From Catajapyx aquilonaris (lineage: Eukaryota): a DNA stretch of 32,418 nt. The position numbers and the translations under genes were made by a program. Within the stretch, counting starts at the first letter, position 1, and every line of letters begins with the position of its first letter. The notes under the pieces were generated by a model. The model had not been told where the DNA came from and did not search any database. It saw only the letters and a program-made list of their open reading frames with translations. Of the stretch, positions 21,428 to 32,418 are shown one piece after another. The stretch lies in contig KZ539135.1 of assembly GCA_000934665.2 (NCBI GenBank), positions 1 through 32,418 of the forward strand, in the 5' to 3' direction.

Positions 21428-21594
21428 TGCACTCATGCAGGTGATAAATGGACACCAATGCGCCACGGAACATCGCCAGGGAAACTGCGTTGGAACCTGG
21501 AGCAGCAGTGAACACTGATGGCAAACCACGCATTTCTGTCGTAAAAGCGGTAGGCACTGGCACTATACTCAATAATATTCATGTTGCAGAATAA

Positions 21595-21721
21595 TGCCCG
21601 ATTGCACCAACGAAATTACCGATCTGATGGCTCCTAACGGATCGTTAGTACACGTTAAAAGGGCTACCTAACGATCTGTTAGGAGCTATCGGATCGGTAA
21701 TTCAGTTGGTGCAGTCAGGCA
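21595..21721. mobile_element. PIF/Harbinger-like MITE (127 bp), TAA duplication
   Basis: TAA|TGCCCGATTGCACCAAC ... GTTGGTGCAGTCAGGCA|TAA; nearly fully palindromic. Confidence 0.8.
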
Positions 21722-22556
21722 TAATTCTTTGAAAAATCACATTACTCTATTCCTGCTGTCCTTTAGCTAAGCCTATCCATGGAGACCTTTCATGATCGCC
21801 CCCCCCCCCCCNCCCCTCCCCGGGACCGCCACTATTTTAACATGCTGTTATAATTTTAATATCATGATGTCAGATGAAAAAGTGAAAATAAGTTTTGTCT
21901 TCCAGAGTATCGTGATGAGGTACCGTATTGTAAATAATAATTCACATTTGCAATTAGTAGGCCTCATGTTAGATATTTTCCACATAGTAAACCCACGACG
22001 GGTGGGATAGAAACATTAAAGAATTTTCAATTTTACGTTTCAAAGATATGGTTGACTCTGCTCGGTGTTTAGAGTAGAATGTTGTTAACCGAAAGAGACA
22101 TTAATTTTAATGAATCAACTTAACTTATTTTGTAAGGCTGGTTACACAAGGTCAAAGAGAGTAATGTAATACTTGAAGGCATGATTTTTGTATTTTTTGA
22201 CACAAATCCTGGGGCAACAATGAGTCACAATCAATCTTATCACATTGCTTGAGAAAATTAAAATAATAAAATTATCTCTTATACCTAGAACATGATAGAA
22301 TTTTAAGGTGATTAAATTGCGAAATTGAGAAGTTGAAATCCTTTTTTTAACAAAGCCCAAATATCTGTGGCAAAATCGATTTGTTACTTTTTCATCTTAC
22401 ATTAATTTTAGCAACTTTCACCAAACATTGTCGAGGTCAGAGGGGAAAAACCATCCTTTCTCCAAAAATTCGCCGGGACTTTTTATGGCTGATGCGCATC
22501 AGGAGATATTTATTCTGGAATCTCGTTTGTGTGTACACACCCGATTGGCTCAACTG

Positions 22557-22779
22557 AGGCGTTTCTCGGAAAACTCCATATGTCACAAATTTCATATAAA
22601 AATTACGATTTAAAATAACATTGAAGTGTCTAATATGCATAGCTGAATGCAAATTTGTGTCATCTAATCTACAATAAAAAACAGACTGGCTAAGACAATT
22701 ACTATGACCCATGGGCAGTTCTTTTGTTTCCTGAAATAATGTTGTCACTTGACATACGGGATTCTTCCGAGAAACGCTT
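22557..22779. mobile_element. MITE with ~30-bp imperfect TIRs
   Basis: AGGCGTTTCTCGGAAAACTCCATATGTCA ... TGACATACGGGATTCTTCCGAGAAACGCTT. Confidence 0.6.
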
Positions 22780-23157
22780 TAATTATTCCCGGTCATGTAC
22801 TGGGTCTCTGCTCCGTCAAAAGTAGGCTATGTGTCCCTCTTCACTCTTAGCAGGATCGCGGCTCTATTATTTGAATGTTACGTTTTTAGCAAAATTACTA
22901 CAAAATTCTCAGATAAATGTAAAATCATACTGATGAAATAATAAGATCCAACAAACGCCTCCCTGATCCCCATGTGTGATGATCATCCATAAGAGATCAT
23001 TCAGGTTCAATTGTTGTGACCCACTTCTCTTTACTAATAAACTGCCTCACCTTCTCCACATACCATTTTGCTAACGCTAGTTTCTCTTTGAAAAGTATAT
23101 CATGTTTTGACCGCACCTTTTTCCCCTTCAGCCTCGCTCCGATACACCGATACAACC

Positions 23158-24369
23158 ATGGAATCATGGACTTTCAACGCGTCAAATAATGAAGAGTTTG
23201 ATCAGCGAAGCTTCTCTGGGCAAGCTTCACCGCAACTGCCTGGTAAATGCCTGAATTTTAAGATGAGAGTAGTGTAGTTTATATGCCAATAATAAGTAAA
23301 GGGTTATATCAAGAAATACTTGAAGCTCAAAAGTCTACTTCTTTACAGATTTACGAGGCCGGTCCTCACTGAGGCTAGATGAGGGTGCAAAATTGGATCT
23401 GAGTAAGTCGGCTCTATTTGAATTTTTGATGAATGGCGTTAGTGATGAGTTTGTCTAAATGTGCAGCAACTTTTTTGGACTACGGTAAAAAATTTATATT
23501 CTGTGACAGTTTTGCAAACACAACATTGTGACATTTTGCTAGATACCTTTTGAAAGCAATAATAACACTATAGTCAACAATGATTTTGGCACGTGAACAA
23601 TTTCAGCTGTTTCTAATGCATTAATATGCACATATTCCAAATATGAAGTCAGAAAGTGTTCATCATCTTCCATTTGTTTCTAACAGCCATAATTCTGCCA
23701 TAATTGGAGAAAGTACAATGCACATTGCTGGATTATACAGTAATTAGTGTGCCAAAATAACTGTTAAAATGCTATGTATGATGTGTCTTAGGTCCTGGTG
23801 TACGACTCACTCCGATTCTAAGTAAATTTCTTTTTCAACAGTCTTGAAAACTCTATCAGACATATCTGAAACCCAGGAGAAGCAGTTGAAAGACTTGAAG
23901 GAGGGCCAGCAACAATTGATTGCAAAGGTGGAGAGCTTCCTCTCTGAAAAACAGAGAGGAAGCAAGATCACCATTTCAAATGAGCTGAAGGTAAGCAAAT
24001 TCAAATTGTTTATTGGTCAGTAATAAATATACGGTAACTCCTTGATCCATTGGCCTCTTCTAATACCAAAATATGAACTATTTAAGGCGATGGTTCAACA
24101 GGGTGAGGCCAGTGGGAAGGAGGCAGGCCATTCCTGGACATATGATCCAGAAAGGAATCAAATTAGGTGAGTGCAGCAATGAGCCACTTTGTCATAATAC
24201 CGTACCTAAGGTATAATTACTTTGACTTCAAGTGTTGGTGCTCTTTTTTTACACACCCAGCTCTGACCAGGGGGGTGCAACTCAGATAGGGGGAATTATT
24301 CCGCGTTTATGGTTGGTTTCACCAAAACTAGAGGCGCTGCGAGTACGATACCAGATGAAGCGGATGTAA
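23158..24369 (+). CDS. Small five-exon coiled-coil protein (~158 aa), possibly a truncated transposon accessory gene
   Basis: Exons 23158-23242, 23349-23402, 23842-23990, 24087-24166, 24261-24369 have GT-AG sites with consistent phases and no stop: MESWTF...LDLILKTLSDISETQEKQLKDLKEGQQQLIAKVESFL...KITISNELKAMV...WTYDPERNQIS. Last exon uncertain. Confidence 0.6.
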
Positions 24370-24654
24370 TAAATGAACATATAATTAGGATTTAATACAA
24401 TGCATTACGTAGTCAAGTTATGCTAAAACCTAATAAAATATGTAAATTTGTAAACTGTTTGCATAGTTCATAAGATACCCATGACGTCACAAGACACCTG
24501 TCACATCTGCCTGCCACTTTCAAATTTTGATCAAATTTCTTGGAAATATGCCAGAAACCAGTAGGACCAGTTGGACCCAAAGGGTTTCAACGGATCTTTG
24601 AAGAAAGGAACCTGCAGTCCTGCACAGCAGTCTCTTTCTTCAACAGAAGAAGTC

Positions 24655-27600
24655 ATGCCCAAAAATATCCCATCTAGGCACGTGTGCTATCTGAAAGGAT
24701 GCAAAAACAACGACGCTACGGAGTGGACTTCAGCCAGGCTGTTCTACTTCCCAAGAAGTCAAGAAGTGTAAGTAATTTTTGAAACTCATAGAAGTCGTTG
24801 CTGGTTCTTGAGCCCGGTTAAAAAAAAACAAAAAACACATTGTTGTATCCACCCACAGCCGTCTGTGGGCCAAGTTTCAGCTCTCTGTAGGTGACCTGGA
24901 AGTTTGGTACGTAGCCCGGACATAATGGAAAAAAAAAATCCTTTATACTTGCCCAGTATAGTTCGCCCTCCCCAAAAAAGTGAAGTGGTGGCGGGGGTAA
25001 TAAACAAAATGTGACCACAAATCTCCATTATGATTATCTGGACTTTAGAATGGATAATTATTGAATAGTAACATGGGAGTTAGGGGGATACAAAAGTTGA
25101 AGTTGATTTGACAGTTAACAACTGAAATAAATATGATTACACATTGGACAGTGAATTTCCGTAGGGTCCGGTAAAAATTGCTTCCATTACGTTTATGATA
25201 CTTAGCAGGATATCAATTTTATAATGAACAGGGGCCACACAAATCTGAAGGCAGCATTAAAATTAATTACAAAAAATCAACCACGGAAAAAGTCCGCGAG
25301 ACATCCCTTTTTTAAATTCCGTAGTATATTTTTGTAATTAATTTTAATGCTGCCTTCTGATTTGTGTGGCCCCTGGAGTCCATTCTTAAAATTGATATGC
25401 TGCTAAGTAACATATAAACGTAGTGGAAGCAATTTTTACCGGACCCTACGGAAATTCACTGCCCAAGGTGTAATCCTATTTATTTCAGTTCTTAACTGTC
25501 AAATCAACTTCAACTCTTGTGTCCACCTAACTCCCATGTTACGATTCATAATATTCTAAAGTCCAGATAATCATAATGAAGATTTTTTATCACATTTTGT
25601 TTATTACCACACCACACCACACCATTTTTGGGGGGATGGGCGAACAACACTGGGGGTGGTGCAACCATTACATATGCTATGTAGGTGCAACCCAGGGGTA
25701 GTGTTTGTTTAATGTGAATAATGTTCTTAATTGCTATTTCCAAGTAAATTTTCAGTGACAGCATCAGTCAAATGTGAAGTCATTCTTAATGATTCACTTT
25801 TAATGACAATCAGGAATCACTTAACTTTGGTGAGACATGTACATTCCAGTTGAGCTGTACTACTCATCAGCACCTTTTTGTAATATATGACTAATGACTT
25901 TATAAAATAATTTTAATACTGATGTAATTCTGAATAATGAACAGATAATAATTTCATGCTTAATTGCAATGAGTTTTTAATTACTTCTTTACCATTAACT
26001 ACTGATAACGTAACCATTAGTAACCAGAAATATACACCCAGTGTTTTTATTATTCAAAGTGATTATTTCAGTGTATAGTGTACCTGCTGAGCTTAAATTG
26101 TCTGAGGTAAACAACTTCGCTACTAACAATAACTAAGTGATACTTATTGTCAGCTACTTCATCATTGCGCATTTTTATTGCAGATTCTCACAGTGGCTGG
26201 CCTTTTGTGGCAACCCCACTCTCCATACTTCCCCTGAATCATTCAGGACTACACGCTTGATCTGCGGAGAGCATTTTGAAAAAAAAAGCTTCACCAACAG
26301 CAAGGAGGACCAGCTGGTCCGAGGATCTATTCCTACTCTCCTGCCACAACCATATCTGCCGGTGGATCCTCATCAGCTGGAGGCATATCAGGACCAAGGT
26401 CCATGCAGCAGCCGCGGCACAACCCATCACAGTCCATCCAGCAGCACCGGCATGGAAGTCCTCCACGCCCAAGGTCCACCCAGCAGCAGCACAAGCCCAG
26501 CAATGGCTGATCCCATCAACCCCCGGGCCTCTCCTAGTAGCTACGAGTCCATCTGCTCTCCTCCACATTCAGAGTCTGCATCAGCCCATCCAGAAACGCC
26601 TAAATCCAAATCACGCAGTAATGTTGTGAGTTTGTCCCACCTGAAGATGACTCGCCTGTCCCAGTTCCGCAGCCCAACCACCAGGAGACTCTATCAAGAG
26701 GTCAAGAAGAAGGAGAAGGTACTGCAGCAGGTGAAGAAGACATGTTTGGTGAGGAAGAACAGACTGAAGAGACTATGTGCCCCAAGTAATTTGGAAAGGA
26801 CAGTGGGGAATTTTTTTGGGAGATATGAAAATGATGCAGTGGCATCTTTCTTGGCTGCTCAGGTGCGCTGTGCAGGAAAGAAGCCTCAGGGACGAAGGTG
26901 GACCTTAGAAGACAAAGTCCTGGCATTGTCAATGATGAAGCGGTCACCAAGGGGCTATGCTCTTTTTTCCCGTTACTTCCCATTCCCAACCAAGAGAACC
27001 CTAACCTCCCTGCTCAATTCTGTGCCTTTTTCTGCAGGGATTTGTGAGCGGATCATGTCCACTTTATCCAGCTCTCTCTCCAAACTTGGTAAATTTGACC
27101 GCATGTGTAGCCTCCTGTTTGATGAGATGTCCATCAGGGAGCATGTGCGGTTTGATCCCAAGTCTGACAGAATTGAAGGATATGAGGATATTCCACACTT
27201 GGGCAGGACTGGCAAGATTGCCAATCATGCCCTTGTGTTCATGCTCCGTGGCCTTATGCGGAAGTGGAAGCAGCCAGTTGCTTTCTACTTCAGCTGAGGT
27301 GGAGTGAGTTCCAAAACCATTGCAGAACTCCTGTCCCAAGTGCTTCAGGCCTGTGACAAGGCTGGATTTAATGTTGTAGCCACAATATGCGACATGGGAC
27401 CCACCAATGTCACAGCTCTGAAGTACTTGGGTTCCTCCTACCTGCACCCTTCCTTCTCCCTCAATGGCCAAGACATCATCACCCTCTTTGATCCTCCCCA
27501 TCTGCTAAAATGAACAAGAAATTTGTTTCTCAAGTATAACGTGAAGGGGGTGCAGGTGAAGACAGGCAGCATAGAATTTGAGGGGGTGGCAAAACTGGAG

Positions 27601-28988
27601 CATGTGCTGGAGGTACGCCAACAGGACATGCAACAAGTTGGTTTCAGCTGCCTCTACAAGCTCTCCTACGACCGCCTTAATCCCAACAGCCCTTTCAAGA
27701 TGAAGGTGAAGCCGGCAGCACAGCTACTGAGTCACAGTGTTGCCTCCACATTGATGACATACGTTGCACATGGTAAGTTAGGAATGCAAGGCATGATATG
27801 TATGATGTAATACGTAATACGAATAAGTGCATCATATCGGTTATCATGGTGTTGATTTTCCACATATGTTTCATTGCAGGCAAGATTGGAGCTGAAGCCA
27901 TGGCTACTGCTCAATTCGCCAAATTTGTGGACAATCTGTTTGACTCTCTGAATGGCTACACAGAAGACCCAGACAGAGGCAAGGAGCTACGCTGCTGCAT
28001 CACAAGTGACAGCCCTCACCTGAGCTTCTGGAGGGAAGCCATTCAGCAAATAGACAGCTGGAAATATGTGTCCCGAGATGCAGCTGAAAAGGTCACCAGA
28101 CCACCCTCGCAGGACGGCTGGCTGGCTACCCTCCGAGGCATCCTGCTGCTTTGGGACGTGTTGCACAATGGTGAATTGAAGCTGAGGTATGTCGCACCCC
28201 GCTCCCTGAATCAAGACCCACTTGAGAATATGTTTGGATCCATTCGCTCACACTGTGGATGCAATTATAATCCCACAATGGGTCAATTCGGAGATGCACT
28301 TAAGACGTGCATTGTCAATGGCTTGGTTAGCTATGACTTGCTTGCTACCAACTGCCTTGATGACGGTGACACTCTTCTGAGTAATCTCCGAAGCCTTGTC
28401 TCAGGTGGTGGTGGGGAAAAGAAGGGGGATGAACCTGCTGCCATGCCAGATGCCTGTGATGATGTCTTTGTCAATGATGCTACCCATGCTCAAATTATTG
28501 GGAAGCTGAGTCAAGACGCATCCAAGCTGTCCACTGGCTATGTCAGTGGATTCATTGCCAGGCGAATCCTACAACAGAGTAGTTGTGAAGACTGCCAAAC
28601 TGCACTGACCAGCAGTGCCACCAAAGATGACCTTTCCCATATAGAAATTGAATGCAGAGAGTACAGAAACGACAGGGACAGTCTTACTTATCCCAGTGTG
28701 GGGATGGTTAGTGCTGTCTCCGATGCTGTAGGTCTTGTGCATGAATTTCTAGATGAAAAAGGTCATCTGGATGGTGTGAAGGCAGCCATTATTCCTACGC
28801 TGTTGGAGGACCTCAACCTGGATTGGTTGGAGGAGGGGTGTGTCACACATGGGCAGAAATTGAAGAGGAGTGTGGTGGAAAGCCTCTTTGCAATAAGTAC
28901 TGGGTGGTGGCTCAAAAAGAGGAACAGACTGCTAGTGTCAAATAAGCGAAAGCAAATGAGAAGAAAAGCCAAGATACTTGTCCATTAG
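24655..28988 (+). pseudogene. P-element/THAP9-like transposase, 3 exons (~936 codons), two in-frame TGA stops
   Basis: Exons 24655-24767, 26184-27772, 27880-28988. THAP: CYLKGC..FYFP..W..ICGEHF..LVRGSIPTL; catalytic LLFDEM, TICDMG, FDPPHLLK, NQDPLENMFG; KMKVKPAAQLLS and FDSLN GTP-binding-region motifs; stops at 27295-27297 and 27511-27513. Confidence 0.92.
24952..25654. mobile_element. ~700-bp fold-back MITE (arms ~335 bp) in transposase intron 1
   Basis: CCCAGTATAGTTCGCCC ... GGGCGAACAACACTGGG; arms 24952-25290 and 25315-25654 are reverse complements; CCCAG ends suggest CACTA/EnSpm but no TSD is clear. Confidence 0.85.
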
Positions 28989-29487
28989 AGAGGAGGTCAT
29001 AAACCAATTTTCAGAAAGAATGTTGTATAGATTAACAGGTGCTGATTAGATACAGGTATACATCGGTTTGCAACAGGGTTAGGTTACAGCAGGACAGGGT
29101 CGTAAACTGAAAAGTAGCAAAAATTACTATTACTTGGGGCATCAGTTGCAAAATAGCTTTCTTAGAATTGAATCAGGGAGATTTAATTTAAGTTATAGAC
29201 TAATAAAAGCAGTAATAACTTGACTATTTGATAAGAATACATGATATGGAGGAGAGCAGACTACTAGAAAACTATTTAATGAGCTGGCAAGAGAATCAAC
29301 TTAGAACCCAATTACAAACAGAAACTGTCACAACCAAATGAACATGTTAATGAGAACATTGGGCAATGCTCTAATACACAGAATAGAATAATTCATAACA
29401 ACTGACCGCAGAGTAACTCATAAATGTATGAACAATTTAAGGAGATACATCATGCACCTAACTCAGCCCCTCACTTGTTATCAGAGA

Positions 29488-30674
29488 CAGTGGCGTAGCA
29501 ACCAGGGGGGCAGAGGGGGCAGCTGCCCCCCCATGATTTATGATGGGGGGACAAACACTGGGTTTTGCCCCCCCATGAATTATCCATGAATTATGCACAT
29601 CAAATGAAAAAAAAACCTTTGTTCCTTTGAATTGTTTGAACTTTCTTTACTACTCTTTCTCATTTGCAGCTCGTACTGACACTGCGTATAGCAGAACTAT
29701 TCGGCAATGAAAAATGTAATTTGTACTCGTGTTGTATTTGTTTTGAAATTAATAACAAATACATTGATGTTCCAACAACAAAATTGAGAATTCGTGTTAG
29801 TAAACTACACCAGAATGGGGGAATTCAAATCACAGCAGGTGGTCAGGTGCTTTATTGTTATGCATGCTGAAGTAGTGAAGTAAGTAATCAGTTGCAGCTT
29901 CACCCAAAATGAAATTCTGTATGCGGCACTGCCAGACAGCTGACAGTGGTTTTTGTGAAAATTGTAGCTGGAAAACTGTCATTTTTGTTTCGTTTTCAAA
30001 TCACAAGTTTTCATGACATCTATGCTTAAACATCGTTTTCAGTAATAGAAATTCCAAATGTTTTCTGCCCTCACCCCCTCCCCTAACATCTCCCCCTTGC
30101 AGTGCCGGATTTATAGGGGTGATCAGGGCGTGCGAGACCTGCCAGGGGGCCCCCCCAAAAAGGTTAAAATATTTTTATTAAACATTAAAAATTAACTACT
30201 ACTTGTGACGATACTGACGAACCTCCAGCTCCATTCCTCATCGGAAAAGGGAGTCAGAGTAATGTCGGGAGCACTACCCGCCTTCCCGTTGCAGTGATGT
30301 GAATGATCCTTTTAGTGGCGTATACAGGGGGGCACGAAATGTTTGAAATAGCCGGAAATAACATTAGAAATTACTAATTCATGATTTTTTTGGAAAAGTG
30401 CTACCAATTTCATCAAATACACACCCATTCAAATCTCCCACATTCACCTAAGCTCGTGTGACCTTGAACCCAAAAATTTCCGCCCTTTCCCACTTGTTCC
30501 CCTAGTGCTTATGAAATGGTTCCCCACCCGAAATTTTCTGCCTACGTGCCTGCCTTATTGCTGTATATGTTAATTTCTACGTTCGGGGAGGGGGGGGGGG
30601 GGCTACCTAAGATCGCGCCCCGGGCCCCCCAAACCATTTGCCCCCCCATGAAAAAATTTGTTCCTACGCGCCTG
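29488..30674. mobile_element. hAT-family non-autonomous composite element (1187 bp)
   Basis: Ends CAGTGGCGTAG ... CTACGCGCCTG with 8-bp TSD ATCAGAGA (29480-29487, 30675-30682); GCCCCCC subterminal motifs; internal GQVLYCYAC remnant (CGGBP1/hAT19-like); extra hAT-like termini at ~30100 and ~30313. Confidence 0.85.
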
Positions 30675-31875
30675 ATCAGAGATGTCCCTCATGTGCAAAA
30701 GGTTCAAATGTGGTTATTAGAAATAATATAATGATTGTATTACCATACTCAACACATAACCATGTAATTAAACTGTAATTTTTTGTCAGGAATACGATTC
30801 TTTATAGAATTAACCTCCTATTATTATGATGTTTGACTGTTACATTTCAAAAGAAAAAAGAGCAAATATTATATCAGTGATTGCAAAAAAAAATCATGTC
30901 AGTGGTACATTTGTACGATTTGTATGCCAAATCAGAAAATGTGTAACACTCCTTGCTTACTTCCAAAATATTCGGCCCTGTTGTAATATAATCTGCACTG
31001 CATGTAATAAGGCAGTGTAAATATGTTCTGGCATGTAAACATGACTATTTATTAAAAAGCTGGATAGTACACTGAAATTTTCTTTCATCTACCCATCTCA
31101 CTTTCCATTACTTTTGGTACATTCTGCGAATCATTCTTATTCCAGGATTTTGAATAGGTTCGAGTTACTTATATTGTCTAGGCATCAACATTTGAAGCAC
31201 CTCTCTTGGATCATGTAACGCTGCATCCCATGGTTGCATGGGACAACACACCAGGAAGAGACACAGGTAATAGTTTAGATTTAAACTGGCCGCCGCAATG
31301 GCCCCTCCACCCAAGAACCCGCACCCCCACCTGCCCCCTACCCCCGCTCCTTCGGACTAGTTGGTTTCACCATTGACAGAGGGCTCCAAATTTTTAACAC
31401 TGAGTTACTCTGTGGCTCTGACCATTCCTCGAATGCGCAAATGAAAGGACATATCACCAAATATGTCACGGGGTTAGTGCCAGACACCTGCCAAAAGACA
31501 TTAGCAGGTGAGTTCCAGTAAAACAATGACAAATGAATTGCACTTAGGAGGTTGATAATGTTGAAATTGCATTATTGTTGTTGTGTTTGAAATGCTTCAA
31601 ATATCCCTAATCAGTCATGTTCGTTGCCATATTTCAATTTTAAAAAAATCTTGCTCTATAACAAGAGACTTCACATTTATTGTAAACTAGCAGGATACCC
31701 GGCGATGCTCGGGTTATGAAATACTTTTCCATGAAGGTGTAAGTCATTGATTTGGTAGTAACCTTTGAAATAATTATGGCTATACAATGTTGGCATACCT
31801 GTAACATGGAGCATATTGCATGTGCATGAAGTCCAAACACCACAAACGTTACAAAGTTAAAAAACAAACAAATGC

Positions 31876-31987
31876 AAAAAGATTGAAAACTACATGACAC
31901 GTGTCATGTAGTTTTCAATCTTTTTTTTGTGGCATAATGTGGTCTACGTATAGGCCTACTGTACAGTAGGCCTATACGTAGACCACA
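31876..31987. repeat. Two adjacent perfect 50-bp palindromes without spacers
   Basis: 31876-31925 centred on GACAC|GTGTC and 31938-31987 centred on TACTGT|ACAGTA; 12 bp apart; unrelated to each other in sequence. Confidence 0.95.
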
Positions 31988-31988
31988 G

Positions 31989-32250
31989 AAATGTAATGAC
32001 ACTGCTGATGCGCTGCTGGAGGAGGTGGCAGGGGGGGAGGAGGGAGGAGGAGGAGGAAGGAGTATGGTTTCCAGGGCAACTGAACAGCATTATTAGAACA
32101 CAGGGGGCCAACATCCAAAGTTCTTTTCGCCTCCTGCGGCCAAGGATGACCTCGGAGGTCAATTCCAATGTGCTAAGAACCTTCCCGGTAAAAAACTGCC
32201 CCTAGTAATACCCCTGGGGCATATGTGGAGGCCTATGTATGTAGCTCTAT
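31989..32250 (+). pseudogene. Degraded exon-like segment, possibly the C-terminal part of a transposon accessory protein
   Basis: After ccacag acceptor: EEEEEGVWFPGQLNSIIR...RLLRPR...LRTFPVKNCP**YPW; weak by-eye resemblance only. Confidence 0.25.
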
Positions 32251-32418
32251 GTTGAGATCAAGAAAATCAGCAGTCAGATGGGCACCCTCATAGGGAGAGT
32301 TGACTGCTGGGAAGAAGGTGGCCCTTACCAAAATTTAACATAGCCGCGAGCTTGCCGCTAGGTCGCCAGAAGCTGGCGAGCTCGCCTCAGGATAGCCGCC
32401 ACGTCGCGGGACCTCGCG

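Noticed and set aside
27295..27513. Selenocysteine or programmed readthrough of the two TGA codons in the P transposase
   Set aside because: Each is explained by one substitution (e.g. CGA->TGA, TGY->TGA); no SECIS recognised; no precedent known to me.

Overview
Eukaryotic (probably arthropod/insect; inferred from the TE and gene families) draft-genome window with small N gaps, dominated by DNA-transposon debris: Tc1/mariner, Tigger, PIF/Harbinger, hAT and P-type MITEs, plus two copies of a tRNA-derived SINE. The main host-like gene is a spliced minus-strand gene (9 phase-consistent coding exons, 16146->10790, ~886 aa) with a Met-rich heptad exon, a dsRBD-like domain, a LOTUS/OST-HTH domain and two extended Tudor domains. 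It resembles TDRD7/Tapas but is shortened at both ends. An orphan RNF4-like RING terminal exon (7154->6784) lies downstream and would join it in frame after a single +1 frame correction, suggesting a LOTUS-Tudor-RING fusion. On the plus strand there is a degraded chimera (SGNH-hydrolase exon, Pro-rich linker, three C2HC zinc fingers, MULE-type WRKY/GCM1-like domain, CACTA-like transposase tail), a small five-exon coiled-coil gene invisible in the ORF track, and a nearly intact three-exon P-element/THAP9 transposase with two TGA stops. Two adjacent spacer-less 50-bp perfect palindromes occur near the end. All family assignments are by eye from motifs, without database searches.
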